DNA of 60,742 bases from Eremomyces bilateralis CBS 781.70 (taxonomy: Eukaryota), in assembly GCA_010015585.1 (NCBI GenBank), contig ML975182.1; one strand, given 5' to 3'. Each line of letters begins with the position of its first letter. Positions within the stretch are counted from its first letter, which is position 1. The translations under genes and the position numbers were made by a program. The notes below the pieces were generated by a model, which did no database searches, had not been told where the DNA came from, and was given only the letters and a program-made list of their open reading frames with translations. This document shows, piece after piece, positions 48,878-60,742 of this stretch.

Positions 48878-51800
48878 TCATGGCCCTCTCTGAAACCAGT
48901 TGAACTTCCCCCGACTCGGCCCCATCCCACCGGGTTCGACCGCGACACTTCGATCGTAAAGTTCCTGTCATCACCATTAGCGACTTGATCCTTGACGACA
49001 CCGGGGATAAATCAACTCACATCCTCATCCATGGAGATCTTGGTCTCCAACACCAACATCTTGACATCCTCGTTCCGCAGCAGGTTCATATACGGCACCG
49101 CCTGCGCCCGCTGAACCTCCACGATCACGTCGCCCATGATCTCGAATTTCTTCCAATTGATCCGCCGACTCTTCAACTCGGCCACCGCATTGCCCGCGTT
49201 CCCGTTCCCGTTTCCATTCCCCTCCCCATGTTTCGGCACACCCGCTCCCCCCGCCGGCTCGACGAACGTCTTGTTCCCTTCGCTCGCCGTCACCAGATCG
49301 CGTCGATGCAGAGGCAAATACGGGATCCGCTCCCCGCTCGAGTTCTCCCACGCCAGCCGATACGCGAAATGGCTCTTCGCGGTGCCCATCAGGATCTCCA
49401 GCTTCATGAAATCTTTCGCGACGGGCGCGGGCAGCTGCTCGCGGGTGAGCGCGAGGCGATGGACGGGGGAGGAGTGGATGCCGGCGAGGACGGCGCCGAG
49501 GGAGTTGTAGTTGTTAAGCTTGCGGAGCTCACGGGCTACGCGCATCCACTTCTCGAGCATCAGGGCGCGGTGCTTGGGTTTGTCGCGGAGAAGGACGAAG
49601 TTCGAGACGACAGCAGCGAGGCGGTTGAAGTGGGTGGACATGCGGTCGACGTTTTCGAGGCCCGGGAGGTGGCCGGTGGATTTGGATTTGTCTTTAGCGG
49701 CTTTGCTCATGCTGACGTAGCGGACGAGGTCGCGGGTGCGGATGGAGGAGATGAGGGTCCAGTCCATGCGGGTGAGTTCTTTGGCGATGACGTCGTCGGT
49801 CGTGTCCATAAGGAGGCGCCAGTGGATTTTCGCGAAGGTGAAGCGCGGAAGCGGGTTGAGCGACTTGGCGGATTTTTGGGCGGATTCCACGATGGAGAGC
49901 AGGGTGACGGACGACATGCTGCCGGGAAATTGTGATGCGAGGGTGGTTTGGCTTGCGCTTTTGGCAAGGGTCGTCGTGCTAGAGTTGGTGTCTGTCGAGG
50001 TGAGAGAAATTTTGCTAGGCTTTCGGAGAACACTCTCAGTGTCCATGTTGTTGAGAAGCGTGCTCGCCTGGCTGACGAGGGTGGTATTGGATGGTGATCG
50101 ATCGAGTGGAAAGGCTGGTCCGAGCTCGTGATCAGAGCAAGCCCAATTGGTATCGTCGTCTTCAGCGACATTCTCAAGGTCGGAGCCGAGGACATGCACC
50201 GCCGCCGCGTGAATCGGAACGTTGGCAACCCGAGAAAGAAAATTGGAGAAGCGGACGCGGGTGAGAGGGTGGGCAAAGTCGCCCGGGTAGTTGCTGATCC
50301 AGGCTTGGAGAAGAGTCAGGTATCGTTGTTGCGAAATGGTCCGTAGGAGGATAGGTTCGCTGACTCGCTCCACTGTCTCGAAGCGGGCTATGATTGCGTC
50401 AAGGAGCATAGAAGGGGCGGCAAATAATCGGAAGAGCGCGAGAAAGCTGTCCTTGAATTTCTCATCCACCTTGGAGAGAGGGAGTTCCAGGAATCGGTTC
50501 ACGAGTTGATCAAAAGAGTACCCATTCTCATTCGATGGCTGCTCGGCCGGAATAACCTGCTTTGGCTTTGGAGGAGACGATGTTTCATTGTCTGATCCGT
50601 CTCGACTCGGGGAATCCTCGAGGTTAAGGAAAGACTTTTGCGTGGGAAGCCCAGGGAGGTTATGGTGGGAGCGTGATTTGGTCGGCAAAAACGGTTCGGT
50701 AGCCGCGGGGAGTGGTGCCATACCCGTTCTTGCTTTGTACACAGTCGCCGAGTATTCCGAGCTTGCACGATTATGCTTTGCAATGGCCGCCGCTTTCTGC
50801 GCTGGGCTTTGCGCTTGTGAAGAGCCCGTATTCGCCCGACGTCTCGCTGCGCTTAACTTGAGCTTTTCTAGAGGAGGTAAGCATTGTGGTTTGAATACGT
50901 TTGTCAAGGCCATCTCACCTCGTCGTTCACTGAGAATATCTCGGATAATAACAGACAAACATCGCTTCTGGCTGTCAGGAGAGGAAAATGCGGTTTGCAC
51001 CGCTCCCACATCGCCACCGATAAAATCCTTTGCGCGCTTTTCGACGACATCCGGGTCGATCTCGCGCAGCGCTGGATGGTTATCACATTTACAGGAGACT
51101 AACAAAAAGGGGATAGACGCTTTATGCATAGCTTCTGCAAGGATGTCAGCAAGTAAGCCCCCGCAGTCATCATGGTAAGTTCATACTCAACACATCGGGG
51201 ACGTCAACCAGACTTTCTTTATTCATAACATCGTATAGTATGAGCGCCCCGTGGATGGTGGGCATTTTGACATCGTCATAAGTCTCAGGCCAGCTGATTC
51301 TATCATCGTCGTCAAATTCAATATCGTCGAACTCGAGCTCGACAAGCCGAACAGTATAGACGTCGCCTTCTAACGGCATTCTTTTCGATGTTGCACTCCC
51401 GTTCGAATGATTCCGCAAGTCGAAGGCCTTCTGTATGAACATCGACTTGCCGACTCCTTCTTCTCCCATCACGGCTATATTAATGTCTTGCGCGGAGTCG
51501 GAGACCGGAAACTGCGCAGTCATTCAACCAGTCAGTATTCCTACAATGTCATTCATGTATGCACGCTGCGACTAACCTCGAAAGGAAATCTTCTCGTGGC
51601 CATCGGAGTGATGGGGCTTGCCAATGGTTCAGCAACCGAGTCGGGGCGTGGGCGTGCGTTTGGTCTCGCAGGCGATGCGGGTCCCTTTGTGTCCGGTGAA
51701 CTCTTCTCTTCGCTTACGCCGTCTCTTTCTTGCTCGCGACTGTTCGACGTGGGAAAATTATATCGCTGGAAGAACGGATCTCCCGTGATTTCATCCCCCA

Positions 51801-52176
51801 GTTCGGCCGGGTTCCCGTCCTCCTCTTCATCCTCGTTGTCCCCATCCCCGTCGGAGTCATCATCTTCGGAATCTTGAAACTGGCTTTGGTTGTTGGAGAC
51901 CAACGGCGCTGAATATGCCCGCGACTTCATTGTCGGACGCGGTACGCGCGTGGCTTCCCCGATCGTAGGCCCGGTGTAACCGACGACGGCGCCTTGAGCG
52001 GTGGACTGACGTCGAACATCCTGTAGGTATGGCTGAGCGCTTTTCGTCTTGTCGCGTTGATGTGATAGCTGGGTTGCAATGCTGCTGCTGCGGCAAGGTC
52101 GTGGAGATGCAGTAGCGGAGGCGGAAATCCCGGCCGAGGTCGAAGGTGTGGTACGGTCGCTGGTCGACGATGGCAT
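48878..52176 (-). CDS. Ras guanine-nucleotide exchange factor (REM + CDC25) with an N-terminal small-GTPase-like domain; 4 exons
   Basis: NIAVMGEEGVGKS and LVSCKCD; REM region (FLALFRLFAAPSMLL, WISNYPGDF); CDC25 region (IAKELTRMDW, LNNYNSLGAVLAGI, IPYLPLHRRDL, INWKKF). Last exon ELYDRSVAVEP...KFNWFQRGP* ends at 48878. Confidence 0.9.
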
Positions 52177-53174
52177 GGTATTGGTGGAAAGGGGGATCTG
52201 GCGTTTATACCGGTATGACGAGAGAGTGGAGCATACAGGCTCACTGTGTCACATCAAGTGTCGAGGTTGTTCGCTGGAGAGGATTCGTGCCGGAAATAGA
52301 GACGCAATGCACAACGGCAACCAAGCTGCGGGAGGGCATTGGTGGGGACATGTGCAAATGCCAAAGAACGACCTGTCATGCAACACAAGGACATATGCGG
52401 TGATAGGAAGATGTAAGATATTTTGATCAATTGGGGAGAAGTTCAGATAGTTGGGCTTGAGTTGACGTCTGGCAACGCCAAGCGGGTGAAGGAGCGATCC
52501 AGGGGTTCTTTCCTCATCCAAGATCCCTGCAGCCACCACGCGACTTCCCCATTCATCCAGAGCTTTTCTCAACCACCTTAGACCCTGGCTGTTGCTACTG
52601 TTAATATCTCGCATTGATGTATCTCGTATTATATCCGACTCTTGCCATCTATCTTCTCTGGCACCACCTGTGACCGATGACATTCGCAGTCAGAGCATGT
52701 GAGTGCATGTCCAGCTTAATATCGAGGTAGGATGCTCAGTATCGCCGCCTGATATCTCATCTCTTCTTGTCCCTAGAACGACTGATTGTCGTCGAGTAAG
52801 ACTGTCATCCTTCAACCTTTAGCATATTGGTATGCGTTAGTGGAAATATCCATGGAGAATAAGTGGGTAAATCCAAGAGCTTGGTCCTTGTCTCGCCGTA
52901 AAAAGTGTCATGTTTCATAGGGAACGATCCGCGTCTCCCGTTCCTCCTAGACTCTGAAAATGGAAAGACGGTGTAGCGAAATTGGGATCTAGAGTTACTT
53001 GGGAACCATTCATATATGTTTTGTTTATGGTTTGTATTTCAATTTGGATCAGCGCCAATCTTTTGAAGTCGAGTCCTGATTGTGTTGGTTTCACCCAACC
53101 TTGCGTATCCATCTATCCAACATAAAAAAGGCACTTGCATCAGATAAACACAATTCCCTCAATCATATTATCAC

Positions 53175-53258
53175 TGTACGTGTGGAGCAGTGGTCGTTGT
53201 TAGCTACAGATGGTTATCTAATGAGCGAGCAGTTCTGGGTTCGATCCCCAGCTCCTCA
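53175..53258 (+). other. tRNA-derived element (pseudo-tRNA or SINE head) with Pol III A and B boxes
   Basis: A-box-like TGGAGCAGTGG (~53183-53193) and an intact T-arm CTGGG-TTCGATC-CCCAG (53235-53251). Acceptor and anticodon stems do not pair. Confidence 0.5.
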
Positions 53259-53847
53259 ATCCACGAATATCTGGATTTGTAAAGGAGTCTTGTAATATGA
53301 ATAGAATACAGACTTGAAACCCCCACACGTAGAGGGGTTTACTAGGTTCTCGAGGTAGGTCGAAGGCTTAGGTTTCGTACTCTTTTAAACAATTTGACGG
53401 CAGATGGACTACCGTTTTGAGAGGTTTGTGATGCCATTTTTGGTGATGAACTTGCCATGGCGGGGAGTCAATTGGAGACGTCCTTCGTCTGGGCGCCCAC
53501 GGCGTGAGAAACGCCTCCCAAAACGCCTACAGGACTACGAATTAGGTGGGAAATAAAGCTCTATCTACACAGACCTTACCACCAGCTTTTTCTACATAAT
53601 TTAGTTTTTTATGGGTGCGAGTAGCCTCAAAAACATATCCAAAATATCTAGTGAAATCGTGCATTGGGTGGCAGTGCACGATCCCGGGAAAATCTGTAAT
53701 TAATTATCCACATGGAATGAAGCCACGGGGAAACGCCAAGAAACACAGATATTCTTTGACATGCTCCTCTACCTAGAGGTAGCCATCTCCATAGTAACTA
53801 ATCAATCAATAAATAAGAAGTCTTCTACCATTGTCGTCTTCCCAACA

Positions 53848-55584
53848 ATGGCGTCGCCAAATCCCTCCATAAGCTGGCTTCAAGCCTTCCCGATCCTGCC
53901 GCTACTGGCTCTGAATACCATGATTCAGCCCGTCGGCCGCGTTCTAGGTACCTCTGCATTCCATAGCGTCTGGCTTCGAGCTTCGCCCATCATATGCGCC
54001 CTCGATACTCTAGGCTTTGCCTTTCGGTTCTTAACATACTATACTTTGCTCCGTGCTAGCCCACGTAAGGCGATGCTTATTATCGGAATGGACCGCTTTA
54101 ACGAGGCTGAGATCGATAACGGTATTCGAAAGACAACGATAGTCGCGACGATATTACGCCTTTTTGGGTTCTTCCTCGGCATATTACCACCGACATATGT
54201 GGTTGGTGCGTGGGGGGACATCAGATGGACGATGGCTTGGGCATGGATGTATGCTGCTTCATACGTCGTGTTAGAGATTGCATCGCAGCGGGCTAGAAGG
54301 GAACTTTCGGAACTTTCTAAACCACAGTATACTCCTATTGGTTTCGAATTAGAGGAGATTATTGAGGAACCAGACAATGGCAAAATATCGCATGCAGCCA
54401 GTACTGAAGATACGGAAGACGAAGAGAACGATCGGGCTAAACTATTAAAAGACGAAACTCAGGAAGAACCGGAAGAATCAGCGAGCACGAAGTATAAGCC
54501 AGGCAGGACGAGCAGGGAGGTGGGGGATATACATGATGAAAACAATGACAGCACGGCCGACCAAGTAGAGTTTACAGCATCGGCTAGCACCGAGCACCTG
54601 CTAAGTAATGGGATTGATGGAGACCAACGGAGAAAAGACGATGATGATGGCTCTATCCTCCCTCAAGTGAAGTCTTGGGCAATGGCGAATAGGGCTGGAC
54701 GCATACAAGAAGTCATTGACGGCTCTACCGTGGCTCAGGCAGAGACTACAGAATCTACGAACGAGGGCCGCCCTTCCGACCTAGAGTCTGCGAAGAACAG
54801 CGACAGCAAATACGCGGATCCCATCACATCACCACGGTTGCCAACACTGAAACATACTCTCGCTTGTATGGATATGATCCTATTTGGGTGGGGCTGCCTA
54901 CTCCATGCGATATTCCTCTACTGGGCTTTTCTCGACCTTATCCAGCCCCTTCTGAATAGGCATATCCTCTCCTCCAGCAGCTGGGAGATGCCACTCTTCC
55001 TTCTCAGCCTCCCCTTTATATTCGCCTGTTTGTTCCTCATAATGGCTGGATCTGGCGGAACCGCATGGGTCACTTGGATGCTCGCCGCTACCTTTTCCGA
55101 GTTCGCGAACCGACATCTCCCCACCTCTATCCAGAAATGCGCATCAACGGTAGTGGTTATAGTCACTTTGGGCTTAGCTGGTCTTGGGGTGGTGGGGGCC
55201 TATTTTGTGTTATTTGCCATGGGATATCTGCTGCTATCAGATTATATGCGATGGGTTTATGGGTTATTATCTGTGGAGGCTGTGGTGCTGCTCATATTCT
55301 CCACCATCTGTTTCAGTCTGTATATTCTGCTCAAGCTCGTTGCCGAGGCAAACCGGGGCGTGAAGGAGAAACTTTGGGTGTCTAGATACGTGGGGGAGGA
55401 TGGAGTCGTCTTGCTAACTTGCGTTTTAGTCACCTTCACGGTGTCGATTCTGTGGTATCGGTACCGATACTCCTCATCTGCGCACTGGGCGCAGGACTGG
55501 CGGGACGCTCTAGTTGTGAACACGACTGCGACCAACTCGACCATGACCAACACGACCATAGTCAACTCAACCAAGACCAGTTAA
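53848..55584 (+). CDS. Intronless multi-pass membrane protein of unknown function
   Basis: Long uninterrupted ORF with the likely start at MASPNPS. N-terminal hydrophobic helices (LALNTMIQPVGRV...LRASPIICALD), a ~190-aa acidic loop, about 5-6 C-terminal helices and an N-glycosylation-rich tail. Confidence 0.75.
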   Translation: MASPNPSISWLQAFPILPLLALNTMIQPVGRVLGTSAFHSVWLRASPIICALDTLGFAFRFLTYYTLLRASPRKAMLIIGMDRFNEAEIDNGIRKTTIVATILRLFGFFLGILPPTYVVGAWGDIRWTMAWAWMYAASYVVLEIASQRARRELSELSKPQYTPIGFELEEIIEEPDNGKISHAASTEDTEDEENDRAKLLKDETQEEPEESASTKYKPGRTSREVGDIHDENNDSTADQVEFTASASTEHLLSNGIDGDQRRKDDDDGSILPQVKSWAMANRAGRIQEVIDGSTVAQAETTESTNEGRPSDLESAKNSDSKYADPITSPRLPTLKHTLACMDMILFGWGCLLHAIFLYWAFLDLIQPLLNRHILSSSSWEMPLFLLSLPFIFACLFLIMAGSGGTAWVTWMLAATFSEFANRHLPTSIQKCASTVVVIVTLGLAGLGVVGAYFVLFAMGYLLLSDYMRWVYGLLSVEAVVLLIFSTICFSLYILLKLVAEANRGVKEKLWVSRYVGEDGVVLLTCVLVTFTVSILWYRYRYSSSAHWAQDWRDALVVNTTATNSTMTNTTIVNSTKTS

Positions 55585-55813
55585 CTTTATATAATCTATA
55601 TGCAACATACATAACTAGTACTTAAGTTAACTTAACTAATCAGTCTTCTATCATAGTCGTCTTTCCAACAGTGGTGATTTGCTTTTCATCTCCTCTGGAG
55701 TTGTCTCTGCCCTTAGCAGGTAGAAAGGGCCCATCTGTCTCCTAATAGACGCAACGAAAGTCTTCAAGGAAGGTTTTCTACTGAGTTCAATAGTTGGGTC
55801 AATTTTCTTGTTC

Positions 55814-57645
55814 CTAGTTGCTGATTTGTGTTCGCGGAAATCGACGCTCGATAGCGTGCTCGCACAGCTTTTGAATCCGAGCCCATTGAGCAGGATAGCA
55901 AGCGGCTAAGTTGTCTCTCTCTCCACTCTCCGTCGCTTTCTTAGCCAGCGTCCATGCGTGCTCTAGGTCCTCATCACCACTGAGCTGTTCCGTATCTGGC
56001 CGCCTAGCTAAACACTCCAAAAGCAACTCCAGAGAATCCAACTCCACAGGCTGCCTTAGCAGCCAAGCCCATCTCGCCTGCGACTTGCGCAACCCTACAG
56101 CAGCTTCAAGCACCTTGATACAATTGCTCAGTATCTCCCTAATCGGTTCGTTTCGCTTCGCCATCATCAGATGCTTGCTGAGAATCAGTTTCACAGCGTT
56201 GCGTTCGAAGAAGCTGAGACGGTCGTTGCCTTGCTGGAATCGCAAGTATTTTTGATGGACTCTCTGTACCAAGTCATTGAGGAATTGAATCTGTGCCACA
56301 GGTGTAGCAAGGTAGTTATATCCGTTGTTAATGCAGAATTGTTCCGAGAAACTGTAACGTCTAAGACTCTTCATTATCTCTAGCCTTGATAGCGCGAAAG
56401 ACATGTCTGTTCTGCGACTTTCTTGCTCATCACTGTGAGGGGCGGTGGCCTGTGTCGCAAATATTTCTGGGTCGAATGTCTCACCCGTTGGAGGAGGCAT
56501 TGGCTGCTCGCTTAAGCAGTCTAGTTCGCCATCATTATAGCTACTTGGAAATCTAGTCGTCCACATCGCTTCAGAAATGATAGGATCCCTTATCGCAGCT
56601 TCGGCATACTGTACATCGAGGGCCATGATGTGCCACCAAAGGCGCCGCCTCATTTCTGCAGAGGTATGATCGGCTATCGTGGGATAGCTAGGGTGTCCTT
56701 GGGAAGACTGCGACGGATCTTGGTGAAGGTTTAGCCGCAATGCGAGGCCGATTCCCAACGTGAGGAGAGAATCAACTGGTGTGGAGAGCGGCGAGTAATG
56801 AGTCATGTTGAGGAAGAGTACAAGCGCTTGAAGCGAAGCTACTGACAGTCGAGCCCGGGAATTTGAGCGCACAAAACACTGCTCAAGGGCGTAACGGTAT
56901 CTAGCATCTCGTTAGGCCTTCCATATATGCTGTCTGGAAATCAAATGCTTACTTACCTTTTAAGAAGGTCTATCTTCGACTGCCTGAATTTGATCAAGCA
57001 CTCGCTCTCTTCTTCAATCACGATCGCTGCAAAGTATACAGCAAATATCAAAGTCTCCAAATCTCCATCCATCGTGCCGATGTCTTGCATCGCTGAGAGC
57101 AGCTGCTCATGAACGGATGGAGCGTGGAAGATCTTGAACAGAGGCTCCACGTTCTCGGTGAAACTATGCCACAGAAACCATATATGCGCTACGTTCGGAT
57201 GCAGCTCTGTCAACTTCACAGCGATCGGACCATTTCCAAGTATCACCGATGGGTACACTGGCCGACGGTCTTGATCTACTGCTGTCCCTGTATTCGTGGA
57301 GACTGAGGTACCCCTTCCCGTGGGTGAGGAACCGGTGGCCGCGCCTCCTGAGACGCCTGTCGAATCATTTCCGTGGCCAGGTCTCTCGGCCGAGGCATAG
57401 ATACAACTGACTCCAGCGGTAACGCATGCGTTGCATGGTCTCTTTCTATCGCATTTGGCCCGCCGGCGTCGACATGCCTTGCAAGAACGCTCCCTGCTTA
57501 CAATATACCGCGAGTTTGCCGTCGGGTAAGAGCACTCGAGACCACTCTTCGAGCAAGGGCTGCAGGATGGCGAACGCCGGTCGCAATGAACTTTCTTGCG
57601 GCGGCACGTTAAGCAAGCGGGGATTATGCTTTGAGATGGAGACAT
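55814..57645 (-). CDS. Fungal transcription factor with two tandem Zn2Cys6 clusters and a Fungal_trans middle-homology domain; 2 exons
   Basis: CLTCRRKKVHCDRRSPSCSPCSKSGLEC and CKACRRRRAKCDRKRPCNACVTAGVSC; NVEPLFKIFHAPS; an intron near 56901-56957 joins RYRYALEQ...SLQALVLFL; ALRLNLHQDP, EMRRRLWW. Confidence 0.9.
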
Positions 57646-58053
57646 TGCCTAGTCCAAGTTATGTGCTCTGGGAGCGAAAGCAACTCCAAGAACCATGGGG
57701 TTTCAATGCGGCCTGAGATCCGAAGCGCCAAGGCTAGCAGCGGAGCTGAGACCGAGATAAGATCCTAATAGGCGGGGGTCGAGCCCGGGTTCAAATCCGT
57801 CACATCTGCTTTCGGCCCGAATCCCGCAGCCGGCCTCAGCTCCATTACATGTCGGCCTAAACTCTTCGAATCCCTTTATAAAGCAGCTTATCAAATCCAT
57901 GGTCGTGTTCAGTGCTTCAGAGCAAATGTCTTCGAGGAAGATGGATATAAAAGGCTGTGGACCGTCTCTCTTTCGAGGCCTATCAACTGAACCACTGCTT
58001 CTAATCTGTACACTGATCAAATTTTGAATCCAGCCTCAACCCCCTTGACGACA

Positions 58054-59098
58054 ATGTCCGCTCCATTGGAGAATATTGCCATCATTGGTGTAAGTCCAGT
58101 TGAGCTTCTTCGCAATATCGAATAACTGACACGCTCCAGGGCGGCGGCAAAATAGGACGTATCATCCTGCGTGGCTTGATATCCGCACCTCAGCTATCCA
58201 TTATCGCCTTCAAACGTCCAGGCAGCACGTCCACCTTCCCATCCGCGCCCAATCTCAAGGTCGTTGAAACAGACTACACCCCCGACGCCCTCGCGTCCCA
58301 CTTGGAAGGCCAAGACGCGGTCATTTCCGTCATCGGCGGAACGGGTTTGACGGATCAGCGAGGCATTATCGACGCTGCTGTCACGGCAGGCGTCAGGCGC
58401 TTCTTCCCCAGCGAGTTCAGCATCAATGGCCAGAGCGAAGTAGCGAGGCAGTTGCTGCCGTTTTTTGCGGTGAAACAGGAGACGCTAGACTATTTGGTTG
58501 AGAAAGAGAAGGATGGTTTGTGCTGGACGTCTCTCATTATCGGACCGCTGCTAGACTGGGTAAGGAATATCGATACTTTCGGATGAAGCATTCGAGCTGA
58601 TTTTTTGGGTTCTAGTGCTTGGCGAACGGTTTCTTGGGTTTCGATCTTACATCCAACAGAGCCACGATCTGGGATGACGGCAACACACGCTTCAGTTGCG
58701 TCAACGAAGCAGCGCTAGGCAAGGCTGTGGTTGCATCTCTTGAACACCCAGCCGAGACGGCCAACAAGCACGTATACATCTCCTCCCTGAACGTGACACA
58801 GAACCAGATCCTGCAGGCTCTGGAGCATTCGACTGCGACGACATGGGCCGTGAAACACACGACTTCCACGGAGCAGATTGATGCAGCACGGGAGATGCTG
58901 GCGAAGGGAGATTTTGCTGGCGGTTTCACACTGGTCAAAGCCTCGTGTTGGTCGAATGTGCCGGGTTTGCGCCAGCACTTCGAGGTCGCTGAGAAAGAGC
59001 GGTTAATGAATGATGTGCTCGGCGTTGAGAGCGAGAGTTTGCAGGAAACCGTTGAGCGTGTGCTTGCAGGAGAGCGCAGCGGCGAATATTATGTTTAG
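58054..59098 (+). CDS. NmrA/isoflavone-reductase-like NAD(P)-binding oxidoreductase; 3 exons
   Basis: Spliced Rossmann motif IAIIGGGGKIG, LEGQDAVISVIG, IIDAAVTAGVRRFFPSEF, WTSLIIGPLLDW and GFLGFDL...ATIWDDGN. Confidence 0.9.
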
Positions 59099-59449
59099 GA
59101 GCAGAACGCTAGTGAATCCAAAATGGAACTAAGATTCGGTAAAGAAGTGAGGGAGGCACCTTCATGTATGAATAAGCCATCTTGATTAGGTCCACAGTTG
59201 TTTAGACTTGCTCACGAGAATAATCATTCCTTACCATCGCTCCTATAGCATCTGCACCTCCCCCAATCCATCCCCGTGTTCTCCACAGACTCCCTCTTAA
59301 AGGCATCCACGCTGCTCCCAACTCCAAAATACACTCTCTTAGCCGCGACCAAGCCCTTCCCCATCTTGACCACTTCCAAAATGCCCACCAGCGCTGTCGG
59401 TAGGAATTAGGGACAAGAAGGTTAGGGCGGGGCCCCAAAATCCGGATAT

Positions 59450-59800
59450 GAAGGTCTGAATAATGGTGGCGGTGGAGAGGGCGTCCGTGATAGGTATTTA
59501 CAAATTCGATAGCTAATAGCAGTGATTGAATCTGTCGGTGTCGAATCGCTCAAGATGACTCGCCCAAGGTATAATCATTGTACCAGTAATTCAAGGCTAG
59601 GAATTGATACCATCCTCCTCCTTCACTGTTGTAGATTGCTCATTCCCCTCTTGAAAGTTCCCTTCGGATGTGGCTTTGAAGTACGGCAATTTGTTGCAAA
59701 GGAGAGCTTTTGAGAGCTTGTATTCGCGGCTTGTCGATCTAATTCGAACAGTGACCTGTGGACCTGAATGCAGCAGAATCACGCTATTCGATGATTCAAT
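59450..59800 (-). pseudogene. BTB/POZ-domain gene remnant
   Basis: GPQVTVRIRSTSREYKLSKALLCNKLPYFKATSEGNFQEGNEQSTTVKEEDG, then a frameshift into LELLVQWLYLGRV. No intact continuation is visible; boundaries approximate. Confidence 0.65.
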
Positions 59801-60742
59801 GAGCCATTGTGATAAGTTTCTTGTCGACCTAGGAAGTAGCAGAGTCATCGAATGGCTTGTCGAGTGTGGCCTCCGACATGGTGATTTAGCTGCAAAATTT
59901 GGCAATAAGTACCACTTGCACGCAAGTAACTGACTTCTTCTTATGTTAGTTTCGTGATGCGGCGATAGCAATTGCAAACTTCAGTCGGGGAGAGAAAAAC
60001 GAAGCATCCTGGCGGTCAGGTTATCGTGCATACCTGCATACAGTGGGTTTGAGGAGAGAAGGAAAGGGAAGACAGGAGCGATGAAATAAAACGGCAGAAG
60101 AAGGAATGGTGGGATGCACGTTTTATGTGAGGTCGAAGCAGGCCAAGGTTTGTGTGAAAAGGTTGTGGCGCCACCATTTTGGACATCCCTGTGACGTACA
60201 TTTCGGAGTCGAAAATATCAACTTTTTAGACTTCTCTCTCTCTATACAATTAATATAGCTAATTAAAATAATATTCAATTTTTATTAATATGTACTACAT
60301 CACTTGAAACAAAATAGAGAACATTTTTCTGCAAAACAGCCCACAACTTGGAAATTAGCTGAGATTATGATCGTAATCGATTCTTCACACTTCATTCAAT
60401 TATAATCAACTATTGCAGCCCTCCCAAATAATGGTTGGAGGGCGCATGAGGGGGAAAGGCCCGCAGGCCAAAGACGCGTCCCCGACGCGTCCCCAGCAGG
60501 CGGACCACCCACGACCCAACACCCGCAACGGAGTGGGAGAACAAAATGGACGGATGGATGAGGGGCGGATGCTCCAAATTATGGAAAACCATATAAAACT
60601 CGCGTTGGAGAGCTGCCGTGGATGGGCTGGGGCGGGGTCGCTCCGTGGAGTTCTTGAGGCTCACCTAACGCCCGTTCTCCGGCTCATTCCGGAGCTGGCA
60701 CAGAGAAAGAGTATGGAAAAGGCGCAGGCGGGAACACCCGCC

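Noticed and set aside
55622..55635. 14-bp palindrome TTAAGTTAACTTAA between convergent genes
   Set aside because: Low-complexity AT-rich 3' region; no evidence of function.
57787..57798. B-box-like GGTTCAAATCC in the TF/NmrA promoter
   Set aside because: No tRNA structure around it; a lone match is not enough to call a tRNA or TFIIIC site.
1..60742. Intact transposons, CRISPR arrays, rRNA genes or a secondary-metabolite core gene (PKS/NRPS)
   Set aside because: No transposase, reverse transcriptase or integrase motifs, terminal repeats, spacer arrays or synthase domains were seen.

Overview
Intron-rich genomic DNA from a filamentous ascomycete (Pezizomycotina). The window carries conserved housekeeping genes: a CENP-Q/Fta7 kinetochore subunit, an AcuM/Rds2-type Zn2Cys6 regulator, meiotic SPO22/ZIP4, a Gyp5-like Rab-GAP, fused alpha-beta tryptophan synthase, a Na/K-like (IIC/ACU-type) P-type ATPase, a large RRM-like protein, OMA1 protease and a RasGEF with an N-terminal GTPase-like domain. 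These are separated by accessory stretches holding four decaying pseudogenes (kinase-like, TPR-SET, a conserved hypothetical, BTB), a secreted Gly/Asn-repeat + Cys-module protein, two tandem hydrophilic paralogues sharing only a C-terminal beta-strand motif, a tRNA-derived element, an intronless membrane protein, and a divergent pair of a double-Zn-cluster TF and an NmrA-family reductase. The most notable observations are (i) weak or non-canonical splice donors in SPO22, including an out-of-frame consensus 'decoy' donor and a GC-AG intron, and (ii) the tandem 'LRLxLNLDIEIxLKAxIxGDLTLxLL' paralogues with an identical terminal intron. All assignments come from motif recognition and manual splicing; no database search was run.
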